From: Candidatus Saccharimonadota bacterium
GTDB taxonomy: Bacteria; Patescibacteriota; Saccharimonadia; Saccharimonadales; Saccharimonadaceae
Assembly: GCA_023898645.1 (NCBI GenBank)
Contig: CP060232.1
Span: forward strand, 870,001 to 902,000
DNA length: 32,000 nt
Reading direction: 5' to 3'
Below the pieces are notes generated by a model that had not been told where the DNA came from, did no database searches, and saw only the letters and a list, made by a program, of their open reading frames with translations. Both the position numbers and the translations under genes were made by a program. Shown here piece by piece: positions 15,585 through 23,006 of this stretch (the first letter of the stretch is position 1; each line of letters starts with the position of its first letter).

Positions 15585-15662
15585 GAGGGATCGCGCTCCC
15601 TCATGCACCCCCGCCCCCCGGTTGACGAATGTCCCGGGGGTGCGGGGACCCATCTCATTTTT
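15585..15662. terminator. Two hairpins between convergent genes, the second very GC-rich and followed by a T-run
   Basis: GAGGGA-tcgcgc-TCCCTC lies at 15585-15602. CCCCCGCCCCCCGG (15608-15621) pairs with CCGGGGGTGCGGGG (15634-15647), giving 13 bp with one bulged T. ACCCATCTCATTTTT follows. Confidence 0.55.
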
Positions 15663-15666
15663 GATC

Positions 15667-16356
15667 TTATTTCAACACTTGCTGCAACGCCGCATGTTGA
15701 CGAGCAACATACACGCAATCTACCAAGTACTCATTCATACCGCCAACTTGTAAAATAATACTGAGCGGCTTTGCTGCCGCTAGTCGCAATACCTTAATAT
15801 GGCCAGCGCCTATACTCCCTTTTTCATCTATTATGAAACCATTCTCCTGACTATCGTAGCGATACGTTTTGTCGCTTTCCAATTTGCTACCCTGACAATC
15901 CCGCAGCGTATTTAGTTCATCACCCAACAACGCCGCCACCCTTATATAAAACCATGTTTGTGTCAGAGCGATAGGCACCGTCAGCACATCAAGAGCCGCC
16001 AAAACTTCTGCTACGATGTCATACCATTCAGACTCGTCCAAACTCGCGCTTGCCCGGGCAACCTGCGCCAAAACTTCATACGCAAATTGCATACGATCAT
16101 AATCTTCCAATATATGACGATAGAACTGTACCAAACGAGCAGACGTCAACAAACTCAAGTTCCCCTTGCCTTCGCCCACAACAACGTCGCACACAGCAAA
16201 CAACTCTATACCGCCCGCTAATTTCGATTTTTCTTTACGCACGCCGCGTGCCATCACGCTCAATCGTCCATCCGGAGTCAGTAAATCAAGCACGCGATCA
16301 GCTTCGCCATAATTCGTTCGGCGCAACACTATAGCGCGCGTCCGAGACGTTTTCAT
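15667..16356 (-). CDS. recO: DNA repair protein RecO
   Basis: 229 aa. The N-terminal OB-fold signature RAIVLRRTNYGEADRVLDLLTPDGRLSVMARGVRKEKSKLAGGIELF is typical of RecO. Confidence 0.88.
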   Translation of the reverse strand: MKTSRTRAIVLRRTNYGEADRVLDLLTPDGRLSVMARGVRKEKSKLAGGIELFAVCDVVVGEGKGNLSLLTSARLVQFYRHILEDYDRMQFAYEVLAQVARASASLDESEWYDIVAEVLAALDVLTVPIALTQTWFYIRVAALLGDELNTLRDCQGSKLESDKTYRYDSQENGFIIDEKGSIGAGHIKVLRLAAAKPLSIILQVGGMNEYLVDCVYVARQHAALQQVLK

Positions 16357-16742
16357 GCCATGCCTATGGTGACACTTCGCACCGCAGCTACTACGTCATC
16401 AGGCCGCATAGAAGCACTGTCGAGCAATCTTTTTACTCCATATGGTTCAAGGTCTTCAAGCTTTAAATCAAGTTGTCCGCCACATACAATAACTGGTATT
16501 TTAGCCGTATCGACATATGTCTGTAGTTCATGTAAAAGACCTAGTCCACTCGTACCACTTAGTAGCAGGCTCATCACGATTGCCTCGGGTAACTTTTCGT
16601 CTATCATGTCTATGGCGGCGTAGCCATTCGATGCTCTAGATACCGTAAAACCGTTCTTTGTTAGTACGCGCTCATAATGATCGCCAAGCCATGGCTCACT
16701 TTCTACAATAAGTACCGTTTTATTTGCAGTGTCGTCGCTCAT
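16353..16742 (-). CDS. Receiver-domain-like protein lacking the phospho-acceptor Asp (pseudo-receiver)
   Basis: From the ATG at 16742: MSDDTANKTVLIVESEPWLG...EAIVMSLLLSGTSGLGLLHEL...IPVIVCGG. By-eye alignment to CheY puts E/S at D12/D13, Ser at D57 and Gly at T87. ATGA overlaps occur at both ends (HK-like stop and recO start). The longer track ORF (to 16937) overlaps the upstream gene by 199 nt and is rejected. Confidence 0.65.
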   Translation of the reverse strand: MSDDTANKTVLIVESEPWLGDHYERVLTKNGFTVSRASNGYAAIDMIDEKLPEAIVMSLLLSGTSGLGLLHELQTYVDTAKIPVIVCGGQLDLKLEDLEPYGVKRLLDSASMRPDDVVAAVRSVTIGMA

Positions 16743-17470
16743 AATAAACTTGTCTGTCCGGAAACATGTAAATCCACGTAAAACGTCGCACCGTCTCGAT
16801 GACGAATATGCCCAACCACGCTGTCCATCATTTCCGCCAGACGTCGAGCGGCAATCAGCCCCATGGCACTTGTTGTCGGTCGAGTTGAAATTGGAGCTGC
16901 CGCACGTCGTGCCACGCGACCTTCGATACGCTGCCACATGTCAATCGGTACTGCAGGACCATAATCTCGTACTCCAATTCGCACGTAGCTACCGTGACCA
17001 CTGATTGTCATGCGAATTGGGTGATTCTCAGAACCATAGTGAAGTGCATTGTCACCAAAACTCATCAATATCTGCTGTAGTACTCGTCTATTGCCGACCA
17101 ATAGCGGCACCCTAGAACGTGAACGAAGTGTAATTTTCTGACCATGCGCCGTAAACAACGGCGACAATTCGTGTATAACTTCCTGACACACGCTTACAGG
17201 GTTAATTGGTTCAAGTAAAAATGATTGTTTATCGTTCGTCGCCATACTGAGGCTTGACGCCAAACGCAATGCCCGCTCGCTCGTCAATGTCAACTGCTTA
17301 CTAAGCAACTCCCTCTCTCGTTCCGACAACGAGTCTGCCGAAATTGCTAATCCCAACTGACGCAAAAGTATAAGTGGCGATATTAACTCGCCAGCCGCGG
17401 CCATAGTCAGTGTAGAGTCATCCAACAAACTCTCCGTAATCCCTAATCGACCCATCGACTCACTACTCAT
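16739..17470 (-). CDS. Soluble histidine-kinase-like protein (DHp plus HATPase_c) with Gly at the phospho-His position
   Basis: AAAGELISPLILLRQL aligns with the H-box SHELRTPL. An N-box-like GDNALHYG, a G1-like VRDYGPAV and a degenerate G2 SAMGLIAARRL are present. There is no TM or sensor domain. The track start at 17494 is TTG; the ATG at 17470 sits 10 nt downstream of TGcTACACT (complement of 17481-17489). Confidence 0.7.
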   Translation of the reverse strand: MSSESMGRLGITESLLDDSTLTMAAAGELISPLILLRQLGLAISADSLSERERELLSKQLTLTSERALRLASSLSMATNDKQSFLLEPINPVSVCQEVIHELSPLFTAHGQKITLRSRSRVPLLVGNRRVLQQILMSFGDNALHYGSENHPIRMTISGHGSYVRIGVRDYGPAVPIDMWQRIEGRVARRAAAPISTRPTTSAMGLIAARRLAEMMDSVVGHIRHRDGATFYVDLHVSGQTSLL

Positions 17471-17588
17471 CACTGAATTTAGTGTAGCACGCAATTACCA
17501 CATAAAATGCTGTATTAAAATCGTCATATGCAGAGCCCCCACAACAACACACCCTGCAGACTGAAAGTAGTCCTTTTTCGAGATATAG

Positions 17589-18245
17589 CTAAGAGTTAAA
17601 TGTGACCGTACGGATAAGTGCGCTGAAGTCGTCCTTGAAGGTGTCTTTCGCATCGGTACGTAGTGTAATCGTCTTGTCGCGGCAGCGATAGATCACCGCG
17701 TCACCACGTATATCACTGCTGAAATCGCCAGACAATCGCGTATACGGCTGTCCATTAGACGAGCCCGTAGAAGACAGCAGCTTACCTGTCTGTATAAGGT
17801 TTTGATACTGGGCAAGTACGTTGTCATAATCTCGCTGTTCAATCAATACGCGAAGTGCAAACTGTTGTGAATCAGTTACATTCGGTACAATACCCGGGTT
17901 TAAGTAAGCCTTATAATTACCCCCGTTAACAAGTTTCTCAGATTCGTATGCGCTCCACGTCCTTGGGTACTGGAATCTAAGACCGCAATAATCATCAGGG
18001 GCTTTAAATGTCTGATTCGGTTGTTTTGCCTCCTCGAGATACTTCGCCTCGTCTCGAGTCGACTGATCTTCCTTAGCCTGCGCAACTTTAATCGCAATTT
18101 TTTGATCAAGATTACTCTGTGCATCTTGGTATGCCACAAATGCCCAGATACCGAAAGAACCGAGACCAAGCACTAATACACTAAGACCGATGACGGCCAC
18201 CATTAATCCTGAAACGACGCCTGATTCATTTTTATGCAAACTCAT
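17589..18245 (-). CDS. Membrane-anchored extracytoplasmic protein, unknown function
   Basis: N-terminal TM (VVSGLMVAVIGLSVLVLGLGSFGIWAFVAY) followed by a soluble domain. The ATG at 18245 lies 7 nt downstream of TATAAT (complement of 18253-18258), so I prefer it to the track start at 18254. Confidence 0.6.
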   Translation of the reverse strand: MSLHKNESGVVSGLMVAVIGLSVLVLGLGSFGIWAFVAYQDAQSNLDQKIAIKVAQAKEDQSTRDEAKYLEEAKQPNQTFKAPDDYCGLRFQYPRTWSAYESEKLVNGGNYKAYLNPGIVPNVTDSQQFALRVLIEQRDYDNVLAQYQNLIQTGKLLSSTGSSNGQPYTRLSGDFSSDIRGDAVIYRCRDKTITLRTDAKDTFKDDFSALIRTVTFNS

Positions 18246-18287
18246 GAGTGTCATTATACTTACGCTTCTTACGTCTGTAAAGAGAGT

Positions 18288-18791
18288 TTACGGTTCAAAA
18301 AGATAAAGATCATGTGCATGAAGTTTTTTTACTGGCTTAACTCCGCGCAAACCAGCCCCGTATGTAATACACAAGAGTGGTTGGCCATGCTTTTTCACAT
18401 GATTCCTTAATTTGTTTGCCAGCTTTTCAGAATCGCGCGAAACCGAAAACACATAAACCACTGTTGTATCCGCTGGAAAATCGATCAACCACATATCAGC
18501 AAGTTTTGTTGTTTGACGCTTGTCGCCCACCGCCAATATACGGCTAACGAACACAAGAACCGGATTCAATTCGTAGCCTATAGCACGCGCACCGTAGCTT
18601 GTTGCTAAGCGCAAAATAACACCGTCCCCCGAACCCAAATCAACCAATATGTCGCTCGATTTCAATTTATATAATTTTGTCAGGGCCAACTTAACGTAGC
18701 GACGATGACTCGGCAGGTAGGGAGCGCCTCGAAAGACGACAAATCCAAACGTGAAGACAACAGCAAAAAGTACCCAAAACCATGCCATCAT
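18288..18791 (-). CDS. Class I SAM-dependent methyltransferase with N-terminal TM helix
   Basis: Motif I is ILVDLGSGDGVILRLA, followed by GYELNP. An N-terminal hydrophobic segment is present. ATGA overlap with the xseB stop. Confidence 0.6.
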   Translation of the reverse strand: MMAWFWVLFAVVFTFGFVVFRGAPYLPSHRRYVKLALTKLYKLKSSDILVDLGSGDGVILRLATSYGARAIGYELNPVLVFVSRILAVGDKRQTTKLADMWLIDFPADTTVVYVFSVSRDSEKLANKLRNHVKKHGQPLLCITYGAGLRGVKPVKKLHAHDLYLFEP

Positions 18792-19006
18792 ACGTCGGCG
18801 TCAGTATCCGTCTTAAATGATTTCTTAACTAGTTGTATATCGTTAGCTACGACCTCTAAGTCGCGCTCGATCTCCGTCGCTAATTTAGCCGCTTCCTTCA
18901 ATTTAGTACTCGCCTGCTCCAGCTCAAAATCTTCTCCCTCAAACCACGCGACGAGTTTATCTAGTTCTTCAATCTTTTCTTGTATGGTTTTGTCACTTTT
19001 GCTCAT
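18788..19006 (-). CDS. xseB: Exodeoxyribonuclease VII small subunit
   Basis: EKIEELDKLVAWFEGEDFELEQASTKLKEAAKLATEIERDLE is the typical XseB helical hairpin. It lies directly downstream of xseA. The first ATG is at 19006; the track TTG start is at 19015. Confidence 0.85.
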   Translation of the reverse strand: MSKSDKTIQEKIEELDKLVAWFEGEDFELEQASTKLKEAAKLATEIERDLEVVANDIQLVKKSFKTDTDADV

Positions 19007-20087
19007 AATGTTCAATCCTTGCCTTTATTATAGCTCTACTCAGTTCGATGTCGATCAGACCTCCTTCGTTTAGCTGCCCACGGACAATCGCATAACCGCG
19101 CTCCAACACGCGCTGAGGATCCAATTCAACGAGTAGCCTTCGCGTTTGCATTATTTGCTGGCGACGCCAATCGAGCTTCTCTTCAACTTTCTCAGTTGCA
19201 GTTTCAATACTTCCCTCAAGCTGTCTACGTAAACCATCAAGCAGATTAAGCACTTTCGGCACAAGAGACTGCGCCTTGAATCGTGAAGTACGAATAACGT
19301 CTTGCCGGTCGGGCACGATAATCTGCGCAGCATTACTCGGCGTAGCCGCTCGAACATCCGCCGCTAGATCACAAAGTGTCATATCCACCTCGTGACCTAT
19401 GCCAGTTACAACAGGCACGCGACTCGCTGCAATCGCCCTCACCAGGTGCTCGTCATTAAATGCCGCCAAGTCATCCGCACTACCGCCACCACGAATCATA
19501 ACGATTATCTCTGGCAGTTCCTCCTGAGTATTAAAATAGTTCAGCGCTCTGATAATCTGATCCGGCGCATCATTTCCCTGCACCGTTACTGCCGCCACGT
19601 CTACACGCAGCCCACCCCAACGATCATTAAGTATCTTTATAAAATCTGCGTATCCTGCCGCCTGCGGACTACTAACAACAGCGATATGCCGAGGTATGCC
19701 AGGTAACTGTCGCTTGCGTTCAAGTGCAAAGAGACCCTCTTTGTCTAGTTTTGCTTTTAGTAATTCAAAACTTTTCTTTATACTTCCTTCACCGCTTAGA
19801 CGAACTGCCTTAACGGTGAGACTAAACTTTCCCCATTGGGTTAGTTTTGGCGTTGCCGTTACCACTACCTTCATACCGTCCTCAATCGGCACGCGCAACT
19901 GAAACAGCATCATGAAACAGCCGACACTACCACCTTCATCTTTGAGATCAAAAAAGACAAACTTACCTTGATTAACCTTAAAACTAGCGATCTCACCCTC
20001 AACCTCAATCAACGGGTACGCATAATCCAGCGTCTGATTGACTACTGCTATAAAGTCACTGACTGTCAATTTTGGGGCCACGACCAT
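18993..20087 (-). CDS. xseA: Exodeoxyribonuclease VII large subunit
   Basis: 364 aa. N-terminal OB fold (LTVSDFIAVVNQTLDYAYPLIEVEGEIASFKVNQGKFVFFDLKDEGGSV), a catalytic core (IVMIRGGGSADDLAAFNDE...TGIGHEVD), and a short C-terminal coiled coil. Confidence 0.9.
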   Translation of the reverse strand: MVVAPKLTVSDFIAVVNQTLDYAYPLIEVEGEIASFKVNQGKFVFFDLKDEGGSVGCFMMLFQLRVPIEDGMKVVVTATPKLTQWGKFSLTVKAVRLSGEGSIKKSFELLKAKLDKEGLFALERKRQLPGIPRHIAVVSSPQAAGYADFIKILNDRWGGLRVDVAAVTVQGNDAPDQIIRALNYFNTQEELPEIIVMIRGGGSADDLAAFNDEHLVRAIAASRVPVVTGIGHEVDMTLCDLAADVRAATPSNAAQIIVPDRQDVIRTSRFKAQSLVPKVLNLLDGLRRQLEGSIETATEKVEEKLDWRRQQIMQTRRLLVELDPQRVLERGYAIVRGQLNEGGLIDIELSRAIIKARIEHYEQK

Positions 20088-21108
20088 TGTCTCCGTACTT
20101 CGTCAAAGCGTATTGATAGAACACGTAGCCAAGTGCAATCGTACCCATCAATATAACGACGCGAGCCAGCAAGATACCAGCAATAGCAACGTCTCCAGCT
20201 ATACCCGCGAACGCCAAAAACGTCACCATGATAGCCTCGTACACTCCCGCGCCACCAGGTGTCAGCACTATAAATCCAGCTACGCTTGCCACACCGTAAG
20301 CAATTAAAATCGGTGCCGGGTTAAACACTTCACCAAGCGACCAAAATGCAATCATAAATAATCCAGCATCACCAAGTGTATAAATGAGTCCCCATATAAA
20401 CGGTACTACCAGTAATTTTTTGTCATGTTTAAGTTCCAAAAAATCAGAATGCATATCATCCAAAAAGTCCTTAATCACATCATGCCCTAATAATTTCCGA
20501 CGTTTACCAAGCGTCACGCGTCTGGTCAGCATGTTGATCGTGTCAAATAGCCAAACAGCAAATTTATCAATCCTACGCCTACTACTCAATACGTAAATCA
20601 ACGCCAAAATTACCAGGAATATACCACCAAAAAGCCCAGCGCTTGCCAATATAATCCACCTGTTAATAGTACCGTCAACGGTTACGGCGAATAGTGCCAC
20701 AAGTAACAAAACCAGAAATGCAATAAATGTCATAACATGACGCACCACTTGCGCCATCGTTGCACGACCCGCCCCTATGCCAAGGTGATTCAATCGCCAC
20801 GTCAAATAAGACACTCCACTCACGCCGCCACTTGGCAACACATGGTTAACGAAATTTCCTTCGAGTGCAATTCTTGCTAACTCCCAATTACTGGTTTTTT
20901 TCATCTGCCCCTTACCGCGCAAATATGAAAAGATCATCTCGCCGCCTGCATAATAAACCAATATCTGAAGAGGTATCATAAGCGCTAAAATCCATAAATT
21001 AACCTGCCCAAGGAGATCCCACGCTTTAATAAGTTCCTGCCTGGAAAGGAACAGGACAATCGCAAGTAGTACCACTGTTACCAGGCTCAACCATGCACGA
21101 AAAGACAT
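20056..21108 (-). CDS. Flippase-like / lysyl-phosphatidylglycerol-synthase TM-region family membrane protein (UPF0104-like)
   Basis: 350 aa with ~8 TM helices. The N-terminal pattern (TM, then ELIKAWDLLGQVNLWILALMIPLQILVYYAGGEMIFSYL) matches my memory of this family. Not verified by search. Confidence 0.55.
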   Translation of the reverse strand: MSFRAWLSLVTVVLLAIVLFLSRQELIKAWDLLGQVNLWILALMIPLQILVYYAGGEMIFSYLRGKGQMKKTSNWELARIALEGNFVNHVLPSGGVSGVSYLTWRLNHLGIGAGRATMAQVVRHVMTFIAFLVLLLVALFAVTVDGTINRWIILASAGLFGGIFLVILALIYVLSSRRRIDKFAVWLFDTINMLTRRVTLGKRRKLLGHDVIKDFLDDMHSDFLELKHDKKLLVVPFIWGLIYTLGDAGLFMIAFWSLGEVFNPAPILIAYGVASVAGFIVLTPGGAGVYEAIMVTFLAFAGIAGDVAIAGILLARVVILMGTIALGYVFYQYALTKYGDNGRGPKIDSQ

Positions 21109-21130
21109 GATTTTAGTATATACTAACGCT
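21109..21130. promoter_or_regulatory. 22-bp divergent intergenic region consisting of 6 nt, the palindrome AGTATATACT, and 6 nt: overlapping back-to-back TATACT -10 boxes
   Basis: The palindrome is at 21115-21124. Read on either strand it gives TATACT followed by 6 nt and an ATG (minus-strand gene ATG at 21108, plus-strand gene ATG at 21131). Confidence 0.55.
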
Positions 21131-22291
21131 ATGTATATTGCGATGCTAGGTCGCCAGCCCGCTATCAGTATGGCCGAACTTGAACGTACGTTTGATGACG
21201 TACGTTGGTTTTCTCATGACATGGCACTTGTTAATACGGACGAACTCGACATCGAACAGCTTGGCGGAACCGTCAAAGCAGGGCGCGTTATTCTAGAGCT
21301 AAGCGGAGCCGATTGGCGCAAGACCAGCGTGGAACTTGTCCGTACTTATTTTGAAAAATGGTCGTCCGCTACTGGTAAAATAACGCTCGGTGTCAGTGTG
21401 TACGGATTTAAGGTATCGCCTCGTGACGTACAACGAACTGGTCTCATCTTAAAATCACAGCTCAAATCAAAAGGAGTTAGCTTACGACTCGTCCCTAACG
21501 AGCAGCCCATTCTTAGCACAGCCACCAGTCACCACAACAAACTAGGTCTTTCGCCTAACAAGATTGAGCTACTTGTTGTCCGCGGCCACGGCGGCAAAGT
21601 AGTCATAGCTGAAAGTACAGGTTCGCAAAATATTACAGCTCTCGCCCGTCGTGACCAAGCCCGTCCAGCCCGTGACGCGTTCGTCGGTATGTTGCCCCCG
21701 AAATTAGCACAAATAATGATCAACCTCGCCAAGCCCAGTGGCCGTCCGCCCGTTATTCTTGATCCATTCTGCGGCACTGGAGTCATCTTACAAGAAGCCG
21801 CACTCATGGGCTACGATGCCAATGGCACCGACTTATCCGAAAAGATGGTTAGCTATAGTCAGCGGAATCTTGAATGGCTTAAAGAAAAATACAATACTCG
21901 ATCACGACTAACAGTAAGTGCCGGCGACGCCATGACGACCATCTGGGACCAGCCTATCGATGCCGTCGTTTGCGAATCCTATCTTGGGCAACCGTTCAGC
22001 GCGCCACCATCCCCCAAGAAATTAGAGGAAGTCGTTGGTAACTGCGATCACATCATCTCTGGCTTCTTGGCAAACATTTCAAACCAAATCGAACCAGGCA
22101 CACCACTTTGCGTTGCCGTTCCCTCATGGCGCGGAGCAAATGACTGGTTTACTCACCTACCCCTGATTAAAAAACTTGATCAGCTCGGCTATAAACAAAT
22201 TGAATTTAAAAATGTAAATGCAAAAGACCTACTTTATTACCGTCCAGATCAAGTCGTAGCCCGCGAGCTGCTAGTACTTGAAAAAAAATAA
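21131..22291 (+). CDS. RNA methyltransferase, UPF0020/Trm11-RlmL-like (N-terminal THUMP-like region plus class I MTase)
   Basis: Motif I is LDPFCGTGVILQEAALMGYDANGTDLS, followed by later motifs (VVCESYLGQPF). The track start at 21107 would overlap the divergent gene's start codon, so the ATG at 21131 with a TATACT-N6 promoter is preferred. Confidence 0.65.
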   Translation: MYIAMLGRQPAISMAELERTFDDVRWFSHDMALVNTDELDIEQLGGTVKAGRVILELSGADWRKTSVELVRTYFEKWSSATGKITLGVSVYGFKVSPRDVQRTGLILKSQLKSKGVSLRLVPNEQPILSTATSHHNKLGLSPNKIELLVVRGHGGKVVIAESTGSQNITALARRDQARPARDAFVGMLPPKLAQIMINLAKPSGRPPVILDPFCGTGVILQEAALMGYDANGTDLSEKMVSYSQRNLEWLKEKYNTRSRLTVSAGDAMTTIWDQPIDAVVCESYLGQPFSAPPSPKKLEEVVGNCDHIISGFLANISNQIEPGTPLCVAVPSWRGANDWFTHLPLIKKLDQLGYKQIEFKNVNAKDLLYYRPDQVVARELLVLEKK

Positions 22292-22311
22292 TAGGCCTCT
22301 ATTGGCCTAAT

Positions 22312-22367
22312 AAAAAAAATAGCAGGTAAACCAGCTGGGGTATATCGCCCCAATCAGTCTACCTGCT
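22312..22367 (-). terminator. Rho-independent terminator for the small minus-strand gene
   Basis: The minus strand reads AGCAGGTA...(inner GGGG/CCCC stem)...TACCTGCT followed by ATTTTTTTTA. Outer stem complements are at 22360-22367 and 22321-22328, with the T-run at 22312-22319. Confidence 0.65.
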
Positions 22368-22398
22368 TATGCTCCTAGAAACGATAGCTAGCGTTAGA

Positions 22399-22527
22399 TT
22401 AACTAATCACCCAAGCTATCAGCCAGACACATCCCACGGCTAATACAACAGTTGCAACTACCATCACGGTAACAACAAGCAGATTAACCAGATTGGAAAC
22501 ACCCGGAATCCTGTCTATGCGCAACAT
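22399..22527 (-). CDS. Candidate 42-aa single-TM micro-protein
   Basis: The ATG at 22527 is preceded by a strong SD GGAGGGA (complement of 22534-22540) with 6 nt spacing. The peptide is MLRIDRIPGVSNLVNLLVVTVMVVATVVLAVGCVWLIAWVIS. It is followed by a good terminator. The track start at 22584 lacks an SD. Confidence 0.45.
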   Translation of the reverse strand: MLRIDRIPGVSNLVNLLVVTVMVVATVVLAVGCVWLIAWVIS

Positions 22528-22626
22528 TGGCGCTCCCTCCACTCCTAGCTCCAATATACTCATACCATACAAATTTTTAACCATTTCGTCAACTTATTGT
22601 TTCAGAATATTCATACCTAACAGGGG

Positions 22627-22655
22627 TTGACGTGAAGGTAATTATCCTATACAAT
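22627..22655 (+). promoter_or_regulatory. rpmA promoter: -35 TTGACG, 17 nt, -10 TACAAT
   Basis: TTGACG is at 22627-22632 and TACAAT at 22650-22655. The leader carries SD AGGAG at 22681-22685. Confidence 0.7.
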
Positions 22656-22691
22656 AGTCTAGAATTTTGATACTAACTAAGGAGTTTACTC

Positions 22692-22964
22692 GTGTCACAT
22701 GTCAAAGCTGGCGGTTCCAGCAAAAATATCCATGATAGTCCCGGTCAACGTCTAGGCGTTAAGCGTTTTGGTGGCCAAAAAGTCAATGCCGGCGAGGTAC
22801 TCGTCCGACAGACAGGTTCCACTAAAGTCGCTGGTCCTGGTACTTACATAAGCCGCAACTTCACTATTCATGCCGCAGTTAGTGGCACAGTTGAATTTGC
22901 AAAGGTTAAAAAGACCAAGTTTACCGGCAAGTCCGTTCCTCGAACGCAAGTCATGGTTAAATAA
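22692..22964 (+). CDS. rpmA: 50S ribosomal protein L27
   Basis: MSHVKAGGSSKNIHDSPGQRLGVKRFGGQKV compares with the bacterial L27 consensus MAHKKAGGSTRNGRDS..KRLGVK. GTG start lies 6 nt after AGGAG. Confidence 0.93.
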   Translation: MSHVKAGGSSKNIHDSPGQRLGVKRFGGQKVNAGEVLVRQTGSTKVAGPGTYISRNFTIHAAVSGTVEFAKVKKTKFTGKSVPRTQVMVK

Positions 22965-22981
22965 TACCGCTTATAAACAAA

Positions 22982-23006
22982 ATGGCCCCAACGGGGCCAT
23001 TTTTTT
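22982..23006. terminator. Bidirectional rho-independent terminator between rpmA and the response-regulator gene
   Basis: ATGGCCCC-aac-GGGGCCAT is flanked by an A-rich tract upstream and TTTTTTT downstream, so it reads as a hairpin plus U-run on both strands. Confidence 0.8.

Noticed and set aside
16743-16937. Long N-terminal extension of the receiver-like ORF (track start 16937)
   Set aside because: It would overlap the HK-like gene by 199 nt in another frame and encodes a Cys/Ser/Arg/Gly-rich non-protein-like sequence. The ATG at 16742 forms a clean ATGA junction with the upstream stop.
22692-22964. rpmA without an adjacent rplU (L21) as a possible sign of ribosomal-protein loss
   Set aside because: Absence from a 32-kb window says nothing about the rest of the genome. 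rpmA has its own strong promoter and terminator, which is consistent with a simple relocation.
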